Below are positions 58,742 to 64,000 of a DNA stretch of 64,000 nt, piece by piece. The translations under genes were made by a program, and so were the position numbers. The DNA is from the human T2T-CHM13v2.0 reference genome, Homo sapiens, in NCBI RefSeq assembly GCF_009914755.1, contig NC_060930.1, one strand, 5' to 3'. Within the stretch, counting starts at the first letter, position 1. Each line of letters opens with the position of its first letter. The notes below the pieces were generated by a model. It had not been told where the DNA came from, made no database searches, and saw only the letters and a list, made by a program, of their open reading frames with translations.

Positions 58742-59851
58742 GTAATTTTAAGTTGACAAAAATTGTATATATTTAATATGTGCAACATGTTGTTTTAAAA
58801 TGTGCATACATTGTGGAATGTATAAATAGAGCAAATTGACATATGCATCACCTTACATATCATTTTTTTCATGGTGAGAACACTTAAAATCTACTCTCAT
58901 AGTAAGTTTCAATACCTCAATACATTGTTATTAACTATAGCCACCCATCGTGCAATTGATGTCTTCAACTTATTCCTTCTAATTGAACTTTTGTGTTTTT
59001 TGACCAGCACGCTTCCCAACCCTTCTTCCCATCCCCAACACCTGGTAACCACCATTCTATTCTCTGCTTCCATCAGTTCAATTTTGAGTCCATATATGTG
59101 TGAGATTATGTGGTAACTGTCTTTCTGTGCCTGGTTTATTTCACTTAACTGTAAACCAAAAATAAAATTTGAAGCCCCCCACCACCACCCAAACATCTGA
59201 ATGCACGCCCTTCTCGGCCAGGGCACTCCAAATTTTAACCTGAAAGACTGATTCAGGCCATGATGGGAAGTAGGAGTTGGGCATTCTTCATTATACCCCT
59301 CCAGCATTAACATCGACACAGACTTTAAGTCTGATAAGAAGCGTTTACAATCTATTTTCTTTGAAGCCTGCTATCTGGAGGCTTCATCTGCAGGATAAAA
59401 CTTTGGTTTCCACAACCCCTTATCAGAACCCAGACATTCCTTTCTACTGATAATAACACTTTCAATCAATTGCCAATCAGAATATGTTAAAATCTACCTA
59501 TGACTTGGAAGCCCCCACTTTGAGTTGTCCCACTCTTCCGGATGGAACCAATGTAAATGTTACATGTATTGACTGATGCCTAAAATGAATAAAGGCAAGC
59601 TGTACCCCAACCACCCTGGGCACACTTCCATACAGCTTTCCGTAATAACAGTATCAATTTCCACTCACACTAACAGTGTGCGGGGGTTGCCTTTTCTCTA
59701 TATCCTTAACAACACTTGTTATCTTTTGTCTTTTTGACAATAGCCATTCTAACAGGAGTGAAGTGATATCTCACAGTGGTATTAATTGCATCTCCCTAAT
59801 GATTAGTTATGTTGAACATGTTTTTATATACCTGTTGGCCATTTGTATGTA
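58742..59851 (-). mobile_element. L1MA (6-8-like) 3' end
   Basis: 'gttgacaaaaattgtatatattta..ggtgagaacacttaaaatctactctc'. TSD aagacacag at 58733-58741 and 59852-59860. Confidence 0.85.
59150..59625 (+). mobile_element. MER4 (B/D-like) LTR, 3'-deleted, nested in L1MA
   Basis: 'tgtaaaccaaaataaaatttgaagcccc'; homologous to 57624-58230. Confidence 0.85.
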
Positions 59852-62109
59852 AAGACACAGACATGTTTAAACAAATTAAATAATTAATATTTTCATTTGA
59901 TTAAAATTAAGACTTTCTTTTATCCCAAGACTATAGAACATTTTAAGGCAAGGCACAGCTTTGCAAAAAACACTTGCAACACTTACACAACAAAGATTAG
60001 TATTATTGATACGTAAAATCTCTACTGATCTGTATGAAAAAGATCACACCACGGAAAAAATCGGCCAAAAATATAAACAGCCATATCTGGTAGATGAAAC
60101 ACAGATGGCTTGTTAAATAAAATTATGTACAGCTTTATTATTAATCAGGGAAATGCACATTTTAACCAGAATGAATATACTGTCAGACCTACCAGATTGC
60201 CAAAATTAAGTGAGCTTATAGCAAATTTGATATAAGGTAATAGAAATTTCCATTTACTATATGTCATACTGTAAATCAGTATAGTCACTTGGAAAAACTG
60301 ATGAAATCTACTAAATCTTATTGGGTAAACTCCATGTACCAGCAGTTCCAATCCTAGAGCTGCCAGGTACATGTGGCTACAGAGATCTTTGTGCATGCAT
60401 ATTACATCAGAGTTTATGTGTAAGCATGTCCATAACAATATTGTATGTAAGAGCAGAAAACTCAAAATAGTCCAAATGTCCATCAACAGAAGAACGGATC
60501 AGTATATTGTGATTGTTTAAATAATGGAATAGTATACAGCAGTGAAAAAATACATTACATCTATATCACTAATATGGATAATTCTCAAAAACATAATTCA
60601 GAGTGTAAAACTAAAAGCATGAAAAAATATAGGCAGTAATACATATTTTATTGTCAGTTTATACATTGGTGGTAAAGCAATAAAGCAAAGCAAAGCAGAA
60701 AATGATAAGCATAGTATTCAGAATAATACTTTCCCATGTGTGCAAGAAAGGTAAATGGTATCAGGTTGGGTACACTGGGGGATTCTAAAATACCTAATTT
60801 CTTAAGTCTTGTGGTGAGTACAGAGACATCTATTTTTATCTTATTAACTGCTCTTATATGTTCTATACACTCATAATATCTCAGTAATACAGTTTCAATT
60901 TTCTAAAAAATGAGTAGAAATTCATAGGGTGGATGCTTTTACAATATAGTGTTTTGAGCCAGGGGTTGGGAGTATAATTTCAGGTAAAATATGGTTTATT
61001 CAGGCATTATTTGGAAAGCAAATTTGGTAGCAACTTTTAAAAATCTTCATTTTGTTCTAAATGGAATTTTAAGGGTGCTCAGTGAGAGACATTATTTTTA
61101 CCATGCTGATGTAGATTTCATATAACTGCTCTGCACAAAACGCCCTCAGCTTTCTTTATTCAAATTCTTGCACTGATATTCATAACAACAAAAACAGGCT
61201 TCACCTGTTTATCAGATCACGGCTCCATGCTGAGAAGCATAAATAAGCTACCCCATATCCAAGTAATTAATATGACTTGCGATAATACTAATGGCTTTAA
61301 AGCCAATACAAATATGAATGTTTATTCCTTATATATTACATTTACAAGTGATAGCAATTAAATGACATTAAGTAGTATCTGTGGTTATACTTGGTAAAAG
61401 CCATCCTGCCATTTCACTCCCTGAGCACATATTATGATAAAATTTTGTCCTTTATGTAATCCTAAAAGATGCATTTTATAGGAGATCAAGAGTTGAAAGC
61501 AGTGACACTTAGATTCACAAGTCTAATAAAATAACTGTTGTCTCTATAAATCGATAGCTTCTTCCCTATTAAGAGGTTAAGTGTGACCGTAAGAATAAAA
61601 ATAAGCTATTTTTTTAAGAAACTGAAAATATTCACACAACAAAATCTTTAATTAGTTTTGAAAACTTTAATTTCATATGAATTAGGTTTGGTAAACAATT
61701 TTTTCACTTTTGCAAACAATTCTGATCAGTAGCAATATGTGTAGATATATTAGAGAAGTTTTAATTATCACACTTTGAAATAAATGTTAAATTAATTTTA
61801 TAGACCTACACAATTAAAATTAGAATTAGGTTCTATAGATTTAGACAAAAACTCCATTTTTCCCCTGTTATTTATTTTTTTTTAGCTTAACAAAAATAGG
61901 TAAAGTTGACTGCCTTGAAGTTAAAGCAAAGCTCATAATAACCTATCTTTCTGAGTCTGGTGAGAAGTATAAATAACATGGCTAAGCAAGAGAGTAAGAT
62001 CAGTGGAAGAAAAAGACATTGGATCTGGCTTGTAGGTGTCAATGACATGAGAGTAGGGATGGGGAGAAGAGCTTTCCAATCTGGATTGTTCCCACTGAAA
62101 CTGCTCTTG

Positions 62110-62450
62110 CCAAGAATACTAATGGCTGCCATCTTGCCAAGATGATGAACACTTAACATTCCTCATCTTACTAACCTTTTCAGCAGCATTGGCCACTGAT
62201 GATCATTTTCTCCTTCCTGAAAGAGCCTCTTTTTTATTTTGATGCCTTCACTTTCAGTGTTACCATTTCAGAGACAGAAAGGCTTATTTCTTACTCCGTC
62301 TGAAGTAGGAACCCTGCTATTCTTCCATGGGGGGAAAATATCCCTTTAGTCTCTCTCACATCATTATTTCAATTATGAGTTTTATGTATTGTTTGTTTAT
62401 TGTCTTCTCACTCAGCAGACTTTGAACTCCTAAAAAGATCATGGACCACA
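62110..62450 (-). mobile_element. L2 relic
   Basis: 'cctcatcttactaaccttttcagcagcattggccactgatgatcat' and 'tttgtttattgtcttctcactcagcagactttgaactcc'. Confidence 0.55.
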
Positions 62451-62499
62451 TGGACGCACCTGATGTGTAGCAAAGTTCAGGCTCTCAGAGATTTATTAT

Positions 62500-62601
62500 G
62501 ATTTCAGATTCTGGTACCCAGAACTGTGAAAGAACACGTTTCTATAGTTCTATGCCATTAAGTCTGTGGGAATTTGTTAAAACAGTCACAAGAAACTGTA
62601 T
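62500..62601 (+). mobile_element. MLT1 LTR 3'-end fragment
   Basis: 'gatttcagattctggtacccagaactgtgaaagaacacgtttct..gtctgtgggaatttgtta..agaaactgtata'. Confidence 0.7.
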
Positions 62602-62967
62602 AATAAACATTAAAATGTTCTTCCTCACTAGTAATCTAAAAATGTATGTTAAGAAGGAAATACCACTTTAACTATAAGATCTTAAAAATCCAAATAAATG
62701 ATGATACCATGTTAATGTGAAAGTGGTTATCTCTAGATGGCTAATTCTTGTATTTCTGTTTTATATAGAGAAAAATTTCCTAAGACAGAAAGGCTTCCAC
62801 CACAGATCATGTAGGATATATTAGAAAATACTCAGAAATGATGAATGGAGCAGGGTTGCTGAGTTACCAACAAGCTTTAGATAAAAGTATTCTTTTATGT
62901 TCTAAATGAATTTGGTTTACATATATATTACAAAAGCCAAAATATTTTATGTACATATATTAAAATC

Positions 62968-63052
62968 CATATATATGTATATATAAAAGCTATATGTATA
63001 TTGCTATATGAATATATATATATATATATGTATACACATATGCACACATATA
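62968..63052. repeat. (TA)-rich simple repeat
   Basis: Direct reading of the sequence. Confidence 0.85.
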
Positions 63053-64000
63053 TCTCATAGCCTAAATCTTCCACAACCATTTTGTAGCTTAAATCCTTGA
63101 GAACCTAAGTCAGTTGTAAGCTGTTCACCTGGTCAATGATTCACAGATTTCAAGTCCAAGTGAACTTCAAGACATAGCTGTGACTGATACTCACACACAC
63201 TAATTTTTACAACAGCGTTTTTGACATGTATCTACTTACTTCAACTAATAGGCTGTTTTTTTTCTAGGTAAATAATCAGGCATTTGGACAAAGAATTACA
63301 TGTAAAAATACTAGCCAGAGTCCATTTAAAATAGTGAAAAACTCCCTTAATGTCCAGTAAACTCATGGAATATGTAAATTATGGCAGGAACAAACAACGG
63401 AATATTAACAAACATTAAAAACCATGTCTGTAAAGAATGTTTGATCACATATGGAGAAATATCAAAAAAATGTATAGTTAGAAGAGCAGAATCATTACAA
63501 CAAACTTTGTTGAGTACTTGCCAAACGTGTAGCAAAGTTCAGGCTCTCAGAGATTTATTATGATTTCAGATTCTGGTACCCTGGTATTGCTGTTTCTTTT
63601 TACGTTCATTACAACATCAGGAGGAAAGTCAACTAACTTGCTCAGAGTTACACAGCTATAATTAGGAGGGTTAATTCTATAGGTCAACCTGTTCATCAGC
63701 ATGCTATACCAGACTATATAAAAAATAAAGCCCGACTTCTTTTTCTTGGAGAGATGCTCCCTACCAATTCTCAGTAGTCAACCTTGTCAGTTTTGATTAC
63801 ATCACCTGAACATAAGCTGTACCTGGACTGGTCACCATTCCCAACTCAAAATAAGCTTAAGGACAACCATGTTGTCAACAGCAACATCCCCGGTGCTTAG
63901 TACATCAACACACCCAAATATACAGTATGTCAGGATTATGGACTTACACTTTGGTGATTTTTTTCAAAGATTATATATGAAGAATATGTTTCAAAAAAAT

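Larger units (their letters stand above)
57290..60905 (+). mobile_element. Ancient L1ME-like 3' region fragmented by MER4 and L1MA insertions
   Basis: Degenerate L1 motifs, e.g. 'ccaaatgtccatcaacagaagaacggat'. Confidence 0.55.
62465..63581. repeat. Perfect 55-bp direct repeat pair (62465-62519 and 63527-63581)
   Basis: gtgtagcaaagttcaggctctcagagatttattatgatttcagattctggtaccc occurs twice. Confidence 0.95.

Noticed and set aside
57624-59625. Two MER4 LTRs as a provirus
   Set aside because: The intervening DNA is L1, and the first LTR has its own TSD (ctag).
61860-61965. Possible micro-exon (61886-61899) or 74-nt exon after a T-rich acceptor
   Set aside because: Weak donors, no recognisable coding signal, and expected by chance in T-rich DNA.
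62465-63581. 55-bp repeats as TSDs, LTRs or CRISPR-like repeats
   Set aside because: Too long for a TSD, no TG..CA termini or poly(A), only two copies, and a eukaryotic context.

Overview
AT-rich primate (human-like; AluY present) genomic DNA. I can support no protein-coding host gene, RNA gene or CRISPR array. Most of the window is layered transposable elements: ancient L1M fragments, several L1PA/L1MA/L1MB copies, ten Alus, a near-complete Tigger1, many LTR elements (MLT1, MST, THE1, MLT2, LTR33, MER21, LTR26, MER4), MIR/L2 relics and simple repeats. Nearly all ORFs in the track are TE-derived. Highlights: (1) a TSD-bounded L1PA6/7-like element (28840-33647, minus) with a ~1.4 kb ORF2 deletion, whose antisense ORF0 frame is open for 170 codons and runs out into flanking DNA; (2) a downstream cluster of MaLR/ERVL LTRs with DUX4-type motifs, an intact THE1 splice donor and a well-formed 91-nt candidate exon; (3) many apparently recent template-switch or end-joining scars inside old repeats, including a perfect 34-bp-stem hairpin (6768-6879) and a 55-bp chimeric doublet (62465/63527). 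Subfamily names come from recalled consensus sequences and need RepeatMasker/Dfam confirmation. Boundaries of old elements are approximate.
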